64,000 nt of DNA from Frankiales bacterium (GCA_025965475.1 JAOPWV010000069.1:590-64589), one strand, 5' to 3'; counted from the first letter of the stretch, positions 41,204-52,242 are shown. The notes: generated by a model from the letters alone, not told the origin. Numbers and translations are program-made.

Positions 41204-42455
41204 GCGCTGCCGCCTCCAGTACCGCGAGCGGCCCGTGCCGGTCCGCCTGCTCGCGCACCTCATCTCCCGGGCTTCGGCCTCGCGTCACCAGTTCGGCGTA
41301 CTCCTCGACCTCGCGCCGGAGATCCACGGGGCAGCGTTGGGCGGCCAGCTCGACACACCGACGGGCGGCGCGCGCGACCCGCGGATCGTCCAGTCCGTCA
41401 CGGGCAGCGACCGACCAGGCGCCCGCGAGCGGTTCGCACGCTTCAGCCGCCCCGTCCGCCACCACCGCGTCGTCGAGCAGGGTGACGGTGAGCGCCGCGA
41501 GCCCCGGCCACCAGCGGTCGGGCACGGCGTCCAGGCACCGGAGCTCCACGAATCCGCGCAGGCGGACCGGCGGGAAGAGCGTCGACAGGTGGTAGTCCAG
41601 GTCGGCCACCGTGGGCATCCGTCCGGCGAGCGCGCGCTCCTCGGAGAGCCAGGCGAGGAACGGGACCCGGTCGGTCACCGGCACGGCCTCACCGGTGTCC
41701 GGGTCGCGCACCAGCATCACCGGCGCTGCCATCGCGTAGGACGCCCAGTCCTGCCTGGGATCGGTGCCCTCAGGGGCCGGGCCGCACCGCGCCTGATCAA
41801 GCTGGCCCCAGACCTGCTGACGCATCGACCGCCAGCCGGTCCGGCGGCCACCCAGGACCGGGGAGCACGCCGAGATCGCCACCAGGACGGGGCCGAGCCG
41901 GTTCAGGTGCCGCATCCGCGACGACCAGCAGCTGGCGGGCCCGGCATCCACGTTGATCTGGAGCGCGGCGGTCGCGCACATCATGGCCCGCGCCGCGGTA
42001 CCGCAGCCGGCCGCATCGAAGTGCCTTTCCATCGCGGCGTACCGGCTCGCCGGGTTGACCCGCTGGGCCGGCCGGGCGGGGTCGGTGCCCAGCGACGCCA
42101 GACCGAGCCGGCTCGCGGCCAACGCGGCGGACAGGGCCGTCCTGTCCTCCCGCAGAACCCGTACGGCCGAGCGCACGTCGGGCATGGGCAACGTGGAGAG
42201 TTCGAGCTGACCGCCCGGTTCGACGGTGATCCGGCTGCCGCCGGGCATCACCGGCACCCTCGCCAGCAGCCCGCTGACCTCCGGCCATTCAAGGCGCCGT
42301 CCCGGGCGCTGAAGGTCGACAAGATGGAACTCCAGCTCCAGCCCGACACGGCCGTGCGGCGTGGGGCTCAGGGCCCGGGCCTCCGCGTGGGCCCGCGCTT
42401 CCTGCTCCGAGGCGAGGGCCACGCAGGCATCGGCGACGGCGAGTTGAGCGGCCAT
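41193..42455 (-). CDS. egtA: Glutamate-cysteine ligase for ergothioneine synthesis
   Basis: [44 protein letters not shown]. Confidence 0.92.
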   Translation of the reverse strand: MAAQLAVADACVALASEQEARAHAEARALSPTPHGRVGLELEFHLVDLQRPGRRLEWPEVSGLLARVPVMPGGSRITVEPGGQLELSTLPMPDVRSAVRVLREDRTALSAALAASRLGLASLGTDPARPAQRVNPASRYAAMERHFDAAGCGTAARAMMCATAALQINVDAGPASCWSSRMRHLNRLGPVLVAISACSPVLGGRRTGWRSMRQQVWGQLDQARCGPAPEGTDPRQDWASYAMAAPVMLVRDPDTGEAVPVTDRVPFLAWLSEERALAGRMPTVADLDYHLSTLFPPVRLRGFVELRCLDAVPDRWWPGLAALTVTLLDDAVVADGAAEACEPLAGAWSVAARDGLDDPRVARAARRCVELAAQRCPVDLRREVEEYAELVTRGRSPGDEVREQADRHGPLAVLEAAAHAW

Positions 42456-42611
42456 CCGCCCCCTCCAGGTCCGGACCGGTCGCACAACGGCACGACCGCG
42501 GGTCGGTGCGGGGAGCGGCCGGGCGAGGCCGTCCTCGACACCATGCTCACCCCGGCTCCAGACCCTGGCAACCCCACCGGCCGCATCCGCCGGACCCTGT
42601 CGCGGACCCCG

Positions 42612-43361
42612 TCAACGCGGATCACGGAAGGGCGGGGCGACCGGCTTCTGGCCGCTGGTCGCCGTCACGAGCGCCGCCGCGACCTCCCAGAGCTTGCGGT
42701 TGCTGTCCTGTGACGTCTTGCGCAGCAGGGCGAACGCCGCCGCGGGGGTGCAGCCTTCCTGGGCGATGAGGATGCCGATGGCCTGATCGATGACGCTGCG
42801 CGTGCTGAGCGCCTGGCGCAACTGGTCGGTCAGCTCGGCCTGGTGAGCCTGACGCATCACGATGTCGAGCAATTTCGCGGCGAAGCGGGCCAGGCCGCGG
42901 GCCCGGCTCAGCGTGTCGGCCTCGTCGAAGGCGTGCGGACGGACGCTGTAGTGGTTCATCGCCCCCAGCGTGCGCCCGTCCACCGTCAAGGGCAGGGAGA
43001 GCGAGCTTCGGACACCGCGATCCTCCGCGAAGGTCGGGTAGCCGCCCCAGCGGGTCTCGGCCGCGACATCGGGCACCGCGACCTCCCGGCCGCTCTTCAG
43101 CGCCTGGAGGCAGGGCCCATCCCCCGCTTGGTACTGCACCTCGTCGACCGCCGCGGCGAAGGCGTCACTGCTGGCCACCGTCAACGAGCCGCCGACCTCG
43201 CGCACCGTGACCCCACACGAGGCCGGCTGCACACCCATGCCCGCCGCCGCGACCGTGAGCTCATGAAGGAAGCCCTCGACGCCGGACGTGCTCAGGAGCA
43301 ACCCCACCAGCTCAGTCAGCGCCACGTCGTCCCCGTCCGGCCCGAACGAGTTGCTGTCCAT
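42612..43361 (-). CDS. GAF-ANTAR domain RNA-binding regulator
   Basis: QYQAGDGPCL, SSLSLPL; ALSTRSVIDQAIGIL..AFALLRKTSQDSNRKL. Confidence 0.92.
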   Translation of the reverse strand: MDSNSFGPDGDDVALTELVGLLLSTSGVEGFLHELTVAAAGMGVQPASCGVTVREVGGSLTVASSDAFAAAVDEVQYQAGDGPCLQALKSGREVAVPDVAAETRWGGYPTFAEDRGVRSSLSLPLTVDGRTLGAMNHYSVRPHAFDEADTLSRARGLARFAAKLLDIVMRQAHQAELTDQLRQALSTRSVIDQAIGILIAQEGCTPAAAFALLRKTSQDSNRKLWEVAAALVTATSGQKPVAPPFRDPR

Positions 43362-43479
43362 CGTGGCCACCGTCCAGGACCGGCAGAGCCGCAGTCGACG
43401 GAGCCGCCGGCTCCGGCGGGCCACGACTCGAGGAAAGCCTCGACGGGACGGTACGACCGCCGCGGCGCTCTGCCTACCC

Positions 43480-43672
43480 TCCGGCAGCTGCCGTCGGGCG
43501 CCCGCTCGTACCGGGGCAGCACCCCCACCCGCCGGAAGCCCACGCTCTCGTACGCCCGGAGCACGACCTCGTCACCCTCGCCGCGGATCGTCTGCGGGGC
43601 GGCGGCGTCCGCGGGCAGCCCCGGACGCAGGGCGATGCCTTCCGCGGAGATCCCGGGTGACGTGCGGTCCAC
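43480..43672 (-). pseudogene. GNAT acetyltransferase remnant (central deletion)
   Basis: GGAGGAG RBS + GTG, N-terminal LRP..ADAAA..IR joined to C-terminal RAYESVGFRRVGVLPRYERAPDG. Confidence 0.6.
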
Positions 43673-43865
43673 GGTGATCTCCTCCGCCGGCGCTGACGAT
43701 GCTGGCAGGTCCCGACCGGCTTGCGCCACCGCATTCACGCAGGACACCAGCGCCACCGCCCGAGCGTTGATCCCGGGGGGCGACCCGGGTCCGGGCGGGA
43801 CCGAAGGCGGCCGTAGAATGGTTAGCGAAAGCAACGACTTCGTGTGATCCGACCTTGGAGGACTC

Positions 43866-44117
43866 TTGCCGACCCACGCTCGCGACGAGGTGACCGACCG
43901 CCTCACCGCCGAGTACGCCGACCGCTTCAGCTCTGACGAGGTGGCACAGCTGGTGGATCGCTGCTGGCAGGACCTGGCCGCGGGTGGCGGGAGTCCTACC
44001 GTGGGCCTGCTGGGCCGGATGGCCCGGCGCCAGCTGGAGGACATCGGGCTGCGCAGCCGGGTCGGCCGCGCGACGTTCGGCATCACGGCCAGTCGCGGGC
44101 GCACCGTCCTGCACTAA
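43866..44117 (+). CDS. Small three-helix-bundle-type hypothetical protein
   Basis: GGAGGA RBS, TAGAAT -10 at 43814, VTDRLTAEYA..VAQLV..L..MARRQL pattern. Confidence 0.65.
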   Translation: MPTHARDEVTDRLTAEYADRFSSDEVAQLVDRCWQDLAAGGGSPTVGLLGRMARRQLEDIGLRSRVGRATFGITASRGRTVLH

Positions 44118-44279
44118 GCGCGGCACGGTGGCCGGCTGACCGGCGCCTGCTGACGACGTCCCACCTGGCCAGGAACGCCAGGAAGCGGAGCGATGACACA
44201 CGGGGTCTCCCGCCGTACTTTCAGTGCGGGCCCCGTCGCGTCCGCTCCCGTGCGGAACCCGGCTGAGGTAGGGACGCCG

Positions 44280-45932
44280 ATGACAGCAGCGACTCGCGCC
44301 GGCACGTCCAGCGACGAAACCGGGCTGCGCAGAAGCATCGGCCTCTGGGGCCTGATGTTCGTCTCACTCGGCTCGATCATCGGCTCCGGCTGGCTGCTGG
44401 GTGCCCTCGGGGCGGCCAAGTCCGCGGGACCGGCCTCCCTGCTCTCCTGGCTACTCGCCGGCGCCATGCTCGGGGTACTCGCTCTCATCCATGCCGAGCT
44501 CGGGGCGGCGTACCCGGTGGCGGGCGGTACGGCGCGGTTCCCGTACTTCGCCTTCGGCGCCCTGGCCGGTTTCACCGCGGGCTGGGCCGCATGGCTCCAG
44601 GCCGTGACGATCGCACCGATCGAGGTCGAGGCGAGCATCCAGTATCTCAGCAACACGAGCTGGGCGAAGCAGCATCTGGTGATGCTGCACCCCAACGGCA
44701 CCCTGAACCTGACCGGCCTGCTCGTCGCCACCGTGCTCATGCTGCTGTTCACGATCATCAACCTGGCCGGCGCCAAGCTGCTGTCCGACAGCAACGCGGC
44801 GATGGTCATCTGGAAGACCGCGGTGCCGGTCCTCACCATCGTGGTGCTGCTGACCCTGTCATTCCACGCCTCGAACTTCCACGCGGGCGGCGGGTTCGCT
44901 CCCTATGGTGCGCACGGGATCTTCGCGGCCCTTCCGGCCGGCGTGGTCTTCGCCCTCCAGGGCTTCGAGCAGGCCATCCAGATGGGCGGCGAGGCACGCA
45001 ACCCCCAGCGCGACATCTCCCGGGCGGTCATCAGCGCCATGCTGATCGGCACCGCCATCTACATCCTGCTCGAGGTGGCGTTCATCGCCGGCCTCTCGCC
45101 GGCGAACCTCACCCACGGGTGGGCGAACCCCGTTCAGCCCGGCGACTTCGGCCCGTACGCCACCATCGCCGCCGCGGCCGGTGCGGCCTGGTTGGCCAGC
45201 CTGCTCTACATCGACGCCTTCATCTCGCCCGCCGGGACGGGCCTGGTCTACGTCGGCACGTCGGCCCGCCTCTCCTACGCCCTCGGCGAGGAGGAGGTTC
45301 TCCCGGAAGCACTGACCAAGCTCAACAGGCGCGGCGTCCCGGTGTACTCGATCCTGCTGGCCTTCGTCGTCGGCGAACTCGCCTTCCTGCCGTTCCCCAG
45401 CTGGCAGTCCCTGGTCGGCCTCGTCACCTCCGCGACCGCGATCATGTATGCCTTCGCCCCGGTCTCCCTGGCCGCCCTGAACCTGCGCGACCCGGACCGG
45501 CCGCGTCCCTACCGGATGCCCTTCCCCCGGGTCCTGGCGCCGGTGGGCTTCGTCTCGGCGAACCTGATCATCTACTGGAGCGGCTTCGAGGCCACCTGGA
45601 AGATCCTGGCCGCCATCTTCGTCGGACGGGTCCTTTTCGAGATCGCGCTGCACCAGCAGCATGACGTGCGGCGCAAGGACGTCGACTGGCGCGCGGCGTC
45701 CTGGATCTGGCCGTGGCTCATCGGCCTGATGCTGATCGGCCTCATCGGCCGGTACGGCCGCGGCTCGGAGCACGTCCTGCCGAACTGGATCGACCTCGTC
45801 GTCGTCGTCGTGTTCGCCGTCGTCATCTTCTACTACGCCGTCAGCGTCGCGATGAGTCCGGAACAGGTCGGCCACGCGGTCGCGGTGGAGGAACGCCGGT
45901 TGGCCGAGGCGCCCGCGATCACGACCGCCTAG
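44280..45932 (+). CDS. APC family amino acid permease
   Basis: GSIIGSGWL, AELG, FALQGFE, GEARNPQR. Confidence 0.92.
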   Translation: MTAATRAGTSSDETGLRRSIGLWGLMFVSLGSIIGSGWLLGALGAAKSAGPASLLSWLLAGAMLGVLALIHAELGAAYPVAGGTARFPYFAFGALAGFTAGWAAWLQAVTIAPIEVEASIQYLSNTSWAKQHLVMLHPNGTLNLTGLLVATVLMLLFTIINLAGAKLLSDSNAAMVIWKTAVPVLTIVVLLTLSFHASNFHAGGGFAPYGAHGIFAALPAGVVFALQGFEQAIQMGGEARNPQRDISRAVISAMLIGTAIYILLEVAFIAGLSPANLTHGWANPVQPGDFGPYATIAAAAGAAWLASLLYIDAFISPAGTGLVYVGTSARLSYALGEEEVLPEALTKLNRRGVPVYSILLAFVVGELAFLPFPSWQSLVGLVTSATAIMYAFAPVSLAALNLRDPDRPRPYRMPFPRVLAPVGFVSANLIIYWSGFEATWKILAAIFVGRVLFEIALHQQHDVRRKDVDWRAASWIWPWLIGLMLIGLIGRYGRGSEHVLPNWIDLVVVVVFAVVIFYYAVSVAMSPEQVGHAVAVEERRLAEAPAITTA

Positions 45933-45967
45933 GGCGTTCCGATGCAACCGGTGAGGCTCACCGGGCG

Positions 45968-46813
45968 TCAGGGGCGACGCGCCGCCCAGGCGGTCCGGCT
46001 GCCGCGGACCGTCAGGTCGCGGCGGCGCATGAGGCCGTCCTGGTTGTCGTCCGCCAGGAGGTGGTCGAGGGTGATCCGGTCCTCGGCGGTCAGCCGGCCG
46101 TCGAGGGCGGAGCGCAGGTGACTCAGGTAGGCATGCGCGTAGCGCCCGGTGCTCGGCGCCGGGCTCACCTCGAGGGCGAAGGTGCGCTGCTCCACGATCG
46201 CGAACCCGGCTCGCTCCAGGTGCGGCCGCCAGTCCGGGTGCACGTTCCCGTTCGCCTGCCCCGCGGCCCCATGGAGACGTGACTCCAGGCCGGGTCGGCC
46301 CAGCCCGACGTCGTCGGGCAGGAAGCGTGGGAGGGCGTCCATCTCGATGACCACCAGCAGGCCGCCTGGATCGAGCGCGGCGTAGATGTCGCGGAACACG
46401 CGGTCCGGGTCGGTGACCTCGTGCAACGACAGCGCCGCCCACACGATGTCCACCCCACCGTCCACCGGGCCGATCTCGGGCCATGCGTCGTCCAGGTCGG
46501 CCTGCACGACGCGCAGCCGGTCAGCCAGCCCCTGCTCGAGCGCTGCCGCCCGGATGCGCTCGAGCATCAACGCCGACCGGTCGATCGCGACCACGTCGGA
46601 GGCCGGGAACCGACGCGCGAGCGCGCGGCTGCCGGTCCCCGTTCCCGCGCCCACGTCGACGACCGTGCGCGGAACGACCCGAGCGTGCTCCGCGGCCCAC
46701 CCGGTCATCTGGTCCAGGTACGAGCCGAGCACCTCAGCGTCGAGGTCCAGCAGCTCCACCAGCACCGCCTCGTCCTGGTGTGCCTGCGCGCCGTGGTGCG
46801 GGTGCTCTGTCAT
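45968..46813 (-). CDS. Class I SAM-dependent methyltransferase
   Basis: VVDVGAGTGTG, LHEVTDP, LDPGGLL. Confidence 0.9.
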   Translation of the reverse strand: MTEHPHHGAQAHQDEAVLVELLDLDAEVLGSYLDQMTGWAAEHARVVPRTVVDVGAGTGTGSRALARRFPASDVVAIDRSALMLERIRAAALEQGLADRLRVVQADLDDAWPEIGPVDGGVDIVWAALSLHEVTDPDRVFRDIYAALDPGGLLVVIEMDALPRFLPDDVGLGRPGLESRLHGAAGQANGNVHPDWRPHLERAGFAIVEQRTFALEVSPAPSTGRYAHAYLSHLRSALDGRLTAEDRITLDHLLADDNQDGLMRRRDLTVRGSRTAWAARRP

Positions 46814-46852
46814 GCCGCCACGCTAGGCCTTCCATGCGTACAAGACATAGAC

Positions 46853-46871
46853 TCTTGCGCATGACGCAAGA
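46853..46871. promoter_or_regulatory. TCTTGCG-N5-CGCAAGA inverted repeat over the XRE start codon
   Basis: Perfect 7-bp arms at the end of a 47-bp divergent spacer. Confidence 0.6.
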
Positions 46872-47448
46872 ACTCGCCCTGGACAGCCTGATCCGCCAGC
46901 GCATCCGCGGGTTGCGCCTGGCTCGCGGCTGGTCGCTGGAGTCGCTGGCCGCCCGCTGCTTTCTCAGCGCTTCCACTCTGAGCCGCATCGAGACCGGGCA
47001 CCGCAGGATCGCTCTCGATCAGCTGGTCCCCATCGCCCGGGCCCTCGGCACCACGCTCGATCAACTCGTCGAGTCGGCCGACGACGAGGACGTGGTGATC
47101 CGGCCGCAGCCCGAGCACATGCGGGGGCTGACGACCTGGCTCCTGTCTCGCGAAGGCGCTGTCCATGGCGTGACCGTGGCGAAGATGCGCATCACCGCCG
47201 AACGACCGACCGGACCGGAACAGCGGGGGGTGCACCCCGGCCGTGACTGGTTCACCGTTCTGTCCGGCACAGCGCGCCTGCACCTGGGCGAGCGGACCAT
47301 CCTGGTCCGGCCGGGCGACGCGGCCGAGTTCTCGACCATGGTCCCGCACACCATCGGAGCTCACGACGGTCCGGTGGAGATACTCACGATCCTCGACCAC
47401 GACGGCGACCGAGCCCACCTGCACGCCATGGACGCTCTCCAGCCTTGA
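46861..47448 (+). CDS. XRE-family HTH + cupin regulator
   Basis: WSLESLAARCFLSASTLSRIETG; HPGRDWFTVLSG. Confidence 0.9.
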   Translation: MTQELALDSLIRQRIRGLRLARGWSLESLAARCFLSASTLSRIETGHRRIALDQLVPIARALGTTLDQLVESADDEDVVIRPQPEHMRGLTTWLLSREGAVHGVTVAKMRITAERPTGPEQRGVHPGRDWFTVLSGTARLHLGERTILVRPGDAAEFSTMVPHTIGAHDGPVEILTILDHDGDRAHLHAMDALQP

Positions 47449-47531
47449 TGCCGGTCGGCAGCAGCTGGACGCCGGTTTCGGCACGTCGGCCCTCCGCTGT
47501 TCGGTGGACCTCCGGCGGGTAACCGGCTGAC

Positions 47532-47837
47532 ATGGCAGACAACGGCACGAGCAAGACGACGACCGACCACGACGAGATCCGCCGCTGGGTCGAGGAGCGG
47601 GGCGGCCGACCGGCACGGGTGAAGGGCACCGACCGCGGCGGCGACGACGTGGGCATCCTGCGGATCGACTTCCCCGGGGTGGGCGCCGAGGAGGAGTCCC
47701 TGGACCCGATCTCGTGGGACGAGTTCTTCAAGGAGTTCGACGAGAAGCAGCTGGCGTTCCTGTATCAGGAGCGGACGGCCGACGGTCAGATAAGCCGGTT
47801 CAACAAGTTCGTGAGGCGGGACGCCGCGAAGAGTTGA
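47532..47837 (+). CDS. Conserved hypothetical protein
   Basis: TTTDHDEIRRWVEERGGRPA..LRIDFPG..ISWDEFF..FNKFV pattern. Confidence 0.75.
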   Translation: MADNGTSKTTTDHDEIRRWVEERGGRPARVKGTDRGGDDVGILRIDFPGVGAEEESLDPISWDEFFKEFDEKQLAFLYQERTADGQISRFNKFVRRDAAKS

Positions 47838-47847
47838 TGCGGCCGGC

Positions 47848-50800
47848 TCAGGACCCCTGCGGGTCCGCGGCACCCGCGGGCACCCCCGTCGCCAGCGTGA
47901 CGTGGGCGCGACGGCGATAGCCGGCGACGTACTCCAGGAGCGCCGGGCCACGGGGACGACGGCCGGGCCGGACGTCACAGGTGAGGACCTTGGTGTCCTG
48001 GATCAGCACGTTCGGCTCGAGCGCGATCCCGAACAGGTCGTTGACGACGTCGCCGGTCACCAGGCCGGTGTGGCCCCAGTGGTACGGCATCCAGATCTGG
48101 TGCACGACCCGGTCCTGCACCCGCAGCGGCACGAGGCGGTCGGTGACGACCACGCGCGCCTCCACCGCGGTCCGGCTCGTCACCACATGGCCCCAGCCCA
48201 GGTGCTGCAGCCCCCGCTCCGCGGCCAGTTCGGGCGAGACCTCCATGAACAGCTGCGGCTGGAGCTCCGACAGGTACGGCAGCCACCGGCTCATCCCGCC
48301 TGCCGTGTGGTGCTCGGTCAGCCGGGAGGTCGTCATCACGTAGGGGAAGACATCCCCGAACGGCTCGGGCGGCGACGGGTTCGACGGGTTGTCCGGCCGG
48401 GGGTAGACGATGCGCGTCGGGTTGCTCTGCTGTCCGTAGAGGAGGTTACGGACCGGCGACTCGTGCGGCTCGTAGTGCGTCGGCATCGGTCCGTCCAGCA
48501 GGCCTCGCGGCGCGAACAGCCAGCCCTTGCCGTCCGCCTGCATGATGAACGGGTCGTCGCCCCGCAGCGCCGCCGGCCCCACGGCGTCCGGGGGCGGTAC
48601 GTACGTCGGCGGCTTGGTGCGCTCGAAGTCCGGCACGTCCTCCCCGGTCCACTCCCCGCGCTCCTCGTCCCACCAGACGCAGGCCTTGCCCTCACTCCAC
48701 GGCCTGCCCTGCGGGTCCGCCGAGGCCCGGTTGTAGAGGATCCGTCGGTTGTACGGCCAGACCCACCCCCACTCGAGGGCGTAGAAGGTCTGCTCGTCGC
48801 GTGGCCGGCGCCGTGCCGCCTGGTTGACCCCGCCGGCGTAGACGCCGCTGTAGATCCAGCATCCGCACGAGGTCGACCCGTCCGCCTTGAGGTCCATGTA
48901 GCCGTCGACGAGCCGGCCCGTGGTGAGGTCCGAACCGTTGATGTGCCGCAGGACGTCCTGCCCGGAGGGCTCGTCCCCGTCCACCTCGTAGTCCCAGGCG
49001 AGGTCGAGCAGCGGACGGTCGCGGTCGTCCGTCGAGGCGGCCAGCCGATCCTTCAGGAGCCGTCCCAGGTGGTAGAAGAACCACAGCTCCGAGCGCTGGT
49101 CCCCCTTGGGCTCGAGCGCCTTGTCCCGCCACTGCAGCATCCGCTGCGTGTTGGTGAACGTGCCCTCTTTCTCGACGTGCGAGGCAGCCGGGAAGAAGAA
49201 GACCTCGGTGCGGCACTGCTCCGGCACAAGCTCGCCGGTCTCCACCTCGGGCCCGTCCTTCCAGAACTCCGCGCTCTCGATCATCGCGAGATCGCGCACC
49301 ACGAGCCAGTCGAGGTTCGCCATGCCGAGCCGCTGGAGCCGGCCGTTCGCCGAGCCGACAGCCGGGTTCTGCCCGAGCAGGAAGTAGCCGTAGACCGTCC
49401 CGTCGACCATGTCCATCGCGGTCCGGTACGTCCCGTGGTCGCCGGTGATCTTCGGGAGGTAGTCGAAGCAGAAGTCGTTGTCCTTGGTCGCGGCATCCCC
49501 CCAGTACTCCTTGAGCAGGGAGACGATGTAGGTGTCGGCGTTGCGCCAGAACCCCTTCTGCTTGTCCGCACGGATGCTGTCGATGTAGCTGGTGAGGTCC
49601 CTGTGCGACGTCCCGACCGGCATCGGCAGATACCCGGGCAGCAGGTTGTAGAGCGTCGGAATGTCCGTGGAGCCCTGGATGCTGGCGTGGCCGCGCATCG
49701 CCATGATCCCGCCGCCCGGCCGGCCGATCTGCCCGAGGAGCAGTTGGATGATCGACGCGGCGCGGATGAACTGCGCACCCAGGCTGTGCTGCGTCCAGCC
49801 CACCGCGTACACGACCGCCGACGTCCGCTCCCGCCCCGAGTTGCGGGTCCACGCCTCACAGACCTGGGCGAACAATTCCGGAGGCGTGCCGCAGATCTGC
49901 TCCACCACCTCGGGCGTGTACCGCGCGAAGTGCCGCTTGAGCACCTGGTAGACGCAGCGTGGATCCTGCAGCGTCGGATCGGCCGGAATGTCGCCGGTCA
50001 CGTCCTCCAGCACCGGTCCGCCGGCTCCGTGCTGGTGGCCGGTGGCCAGCTCCCGCGCCTCCTCCGGCGAGGTGTCCCCGACGTCCGCTGCCGGGACGCC
50101 CGCGTACTGCCAGGTCGCCGTGTCGTACGCCCTCGTCTGCGGATCGAAGCCGCTGAACAGCCCGTCGAGATCCTCGGTGTCCCGGTAGTCCTCGTTCAGC
50201 AGGAACGACGCGTTCGTGTACGGCAGCACGTACTCGCGGAAGGCGAGGTCGTTGGTCAGGATGTGGTTGATCACCCCGCCGAGGAACGCGATGTCGGTGC
50301 CGGCGCGCAGCGGGACGAACTGATGGGCCAGTGCGCTGGTACGGGTGAACCGCGGATCGATGTGGATGACGGTGGCGCCGCGGTTCTTCGCCTCCACGAC
50401 CCACTGGAAGCCGACCGGGTGCGCCTCGGCCATGTTCGAGCCCATGATGATGATGCAGTCGGACTTCGACAGGTCCTGCTGGTAGTCGGTGGCGCCGCCG
50501 CGCCCGAACGAGGTGCCCAGACCGGGCACGGTGGCGGAGTGTCATATGCGCGCCTGGTTCTCGATCTGCACGGCGCCCAGCGCGGTGAACAACTTCTTGA
50601 TGAGGTAGTTCTCCTCGTTGTCCAGGGTGGCTCCGCCGAGGCTGGCTATGCCCATCGTCCGGCGCACCCGGTGGCCGTGCTCGTCGATGTCCTGCCACCC
50701 CTTGCGCCGGGCGTCGAGGACCCGGTCGGCGACCATGCCCATGGCGTCGTCGAGACCGAGTTCGCGCCAGGAAGTGCCGTACGGCGGCCGGTACAGCACT

Positions 50801-51111
50801 TTCTGCTCGCGCTGCGGGCCGGTCACCAGCTGCTTGCTCGCCGAGCCCTTCGGGCACAGGCGCCCGCGGGAGATCGGGCTCTCGGGGTTGCCCTCGATCT
50901 GGATGACCTGCTCGTCCCGGACGAAGACCCGCTGGGCGCAGCCGACCGCGCAGTACGGGCAGACGGAGCCGGCCTCGATGTCCGCGGTCGCGATGCGGGG
51001 CCGCACCCCGGCGTAGCGCGGCGACTGCACTGCCCGTCCGCGGGCCAGTGGGTCGGGTGAGGTGAGCTGCCGGTAGACCGGCCACCGCTCGACCCACTCC
51101 CGAACGCCCAC
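47848..51111 (-). CDS. Selenocysteine-containing Mo/W-bisPGD formate dehydrogenase alpha subunit (FdnG-like)
   Basis: CPYCAVGC..C Fe-S motif; ENQARI-TGA-HSATVPGLG in frame (TGA 50542-50544) joins two ORF-track ORFs; GSNMAEAHP, RGHASIQG. Confidence 0.92.
50513..50529 (-). promoter_or_regulatory. Bacterial SECIS hairpin
   Basis: GTGCCC-GGTCT-GGGCAC starting 12 nt after the in-frame UGA. Confidence 0.8.
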
Positions 51112-51192
51112 GCCGCACCTCCGTCCTCCGGCGCTACCCCCGTCGACGTGACACAACCGGCGCTGTCCGAGGCGTGATCACAGGCCTAGCGT

Positions 51193-52173
51193 GTGACCGT
51201 GGACGACGACGGCCGGGACGCTCCGCCCGACCTGCAGGCCGCGAGCAGCCGCACGATCATCGTCGCCGGCGCGGCCAACCTGGCCATCGCTGTGGCGAAG
51301 ATGATCGCCGCCGTCATCAGCGGCTCGGCGGCGATGCTGTCGGAGGCGGCGCACTCGCTGGCGGACACGGTGACCGAGATACTGCTGTACGTCGCCCTGC
51401 GCCGGGGGCATCGGCCCGCCGATGACCGGCACCCCCTCGGCCACGGCCGGGAGGCGTACCTGTGGGCGCTGCTGGCCGCCTTGGCCACCTTCACCTTGGG
51501 CGCCGGGGTCTCGATATCCCAGGGCATCGCGAAGCTGAGGGAGCACGCCGAGGCCGGCGACCCGACGATCGCGTTCGTCGTCCTCGCGGTTGCCTTCGTC
51601 ATCGAGAGCGTGTCCCTGACCCAGGCGGTGACGCAGATCCGCCGCAGATCGAGGCGCTGGCGGATGAGCCCGTTGACGTACCTGCGGGTGACGACGGACA
51701 CCACGGTCAAGGCCGTCGCCTTCGAGGACAGCGCGGCTCTGGTCGGTCTCCTGCTGGCGGCCGCCGGCCTGTCCCTGACCCACGCGACCGGCAGCCCCGT
51801 GTGGGACGGCCTGGCCTCCATCGGGATCGGGCTGCTGCTCGTCGTCGTCGCCGTGGCGCTGGTCATGGCGAACTCGGCACTGCTGGTCGGGCGATCCGCG
51901 CTGCCCCAGATCGAACAGGCCCTGCGGGCGGACCTGGAGGCGCTGCCCGAGGTCCTCAGCGTCCCGCTGCTCCTGACCAGTGTGCTGGGACCCGAACAGC
52001 TGATGGTCGGGGCGAAGGTCGAGTTCGCCGACCACCTCACGGCGGACGACATCGAGCGGGTCGCCGACGAGGCCGAACGGCAGTTCACCAGCCGGTACCC
52101 GGGGATCAAGCTGGTCTTCCTGGACCCCACGCGGCGCCGCTCCACCGCGCGGCCGGACGGTCCGTGCGCGTAA
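51193..52173 (+). CDS. Cation diffusion facilitator transporter
   Basis: SEAAHSLAD, HPLGHGRE, FEDSAA. Confidence 0.9.
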   Translation: MTVDDDGRDAPPDLQAASSRTIIVAGAANLAIAVAKMIAAVISGSAAMLSEAAHSLADTVTEILLYVALRRGHRPADDRHPLGHGREAYLWALLAALATFTLGAGVSISQGIAKLREHAEAGDPTIAFVVLAVAFVIESVSLTQAVTQIRRRSRRWRMSPLTYLRVTTDTTVKAVAFEDSAALVGLLLAAAGLSLTHATGSPVWDGLASIGIGLLLVVVAVALVMANSALLVGRSALPQIEQALRADLEALPEVLSVPLLLTSVLGPEQLMVGAKVEFADHLTADDIERVADEAERQFTSRYPGIKLVFLDPTRRRSTARPDGPCA

Positions 52174-52242
52174 CCGCTGGTGTGACGGACCATCACGGCG
52201 CATACTCGGACGCACCAAAATCCGCCGCTGTGGGGGCGCCCC

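Noticed and set aside
50542-50544. Nonsense mutation splitting fdh into a pseudogene
   Set aside because: The TGA is exactly at the Cys/Sec ligand position and is followed by a SECIS-like hairpin
47902-51060. Very long antisense ORFs (e.g. 1052 aa here, 910 aa at 26450-29182, 546 aa at 13229-14869)
   Set aside because: Shadow frames opposite genuine genes, expected at high GC3; no recognisable motifs
52180-52200. CRP site upstream of the 52243 gene
   Set aside because: TGTGA and TCAC half-sites are spaced by 7 nt rather than 6
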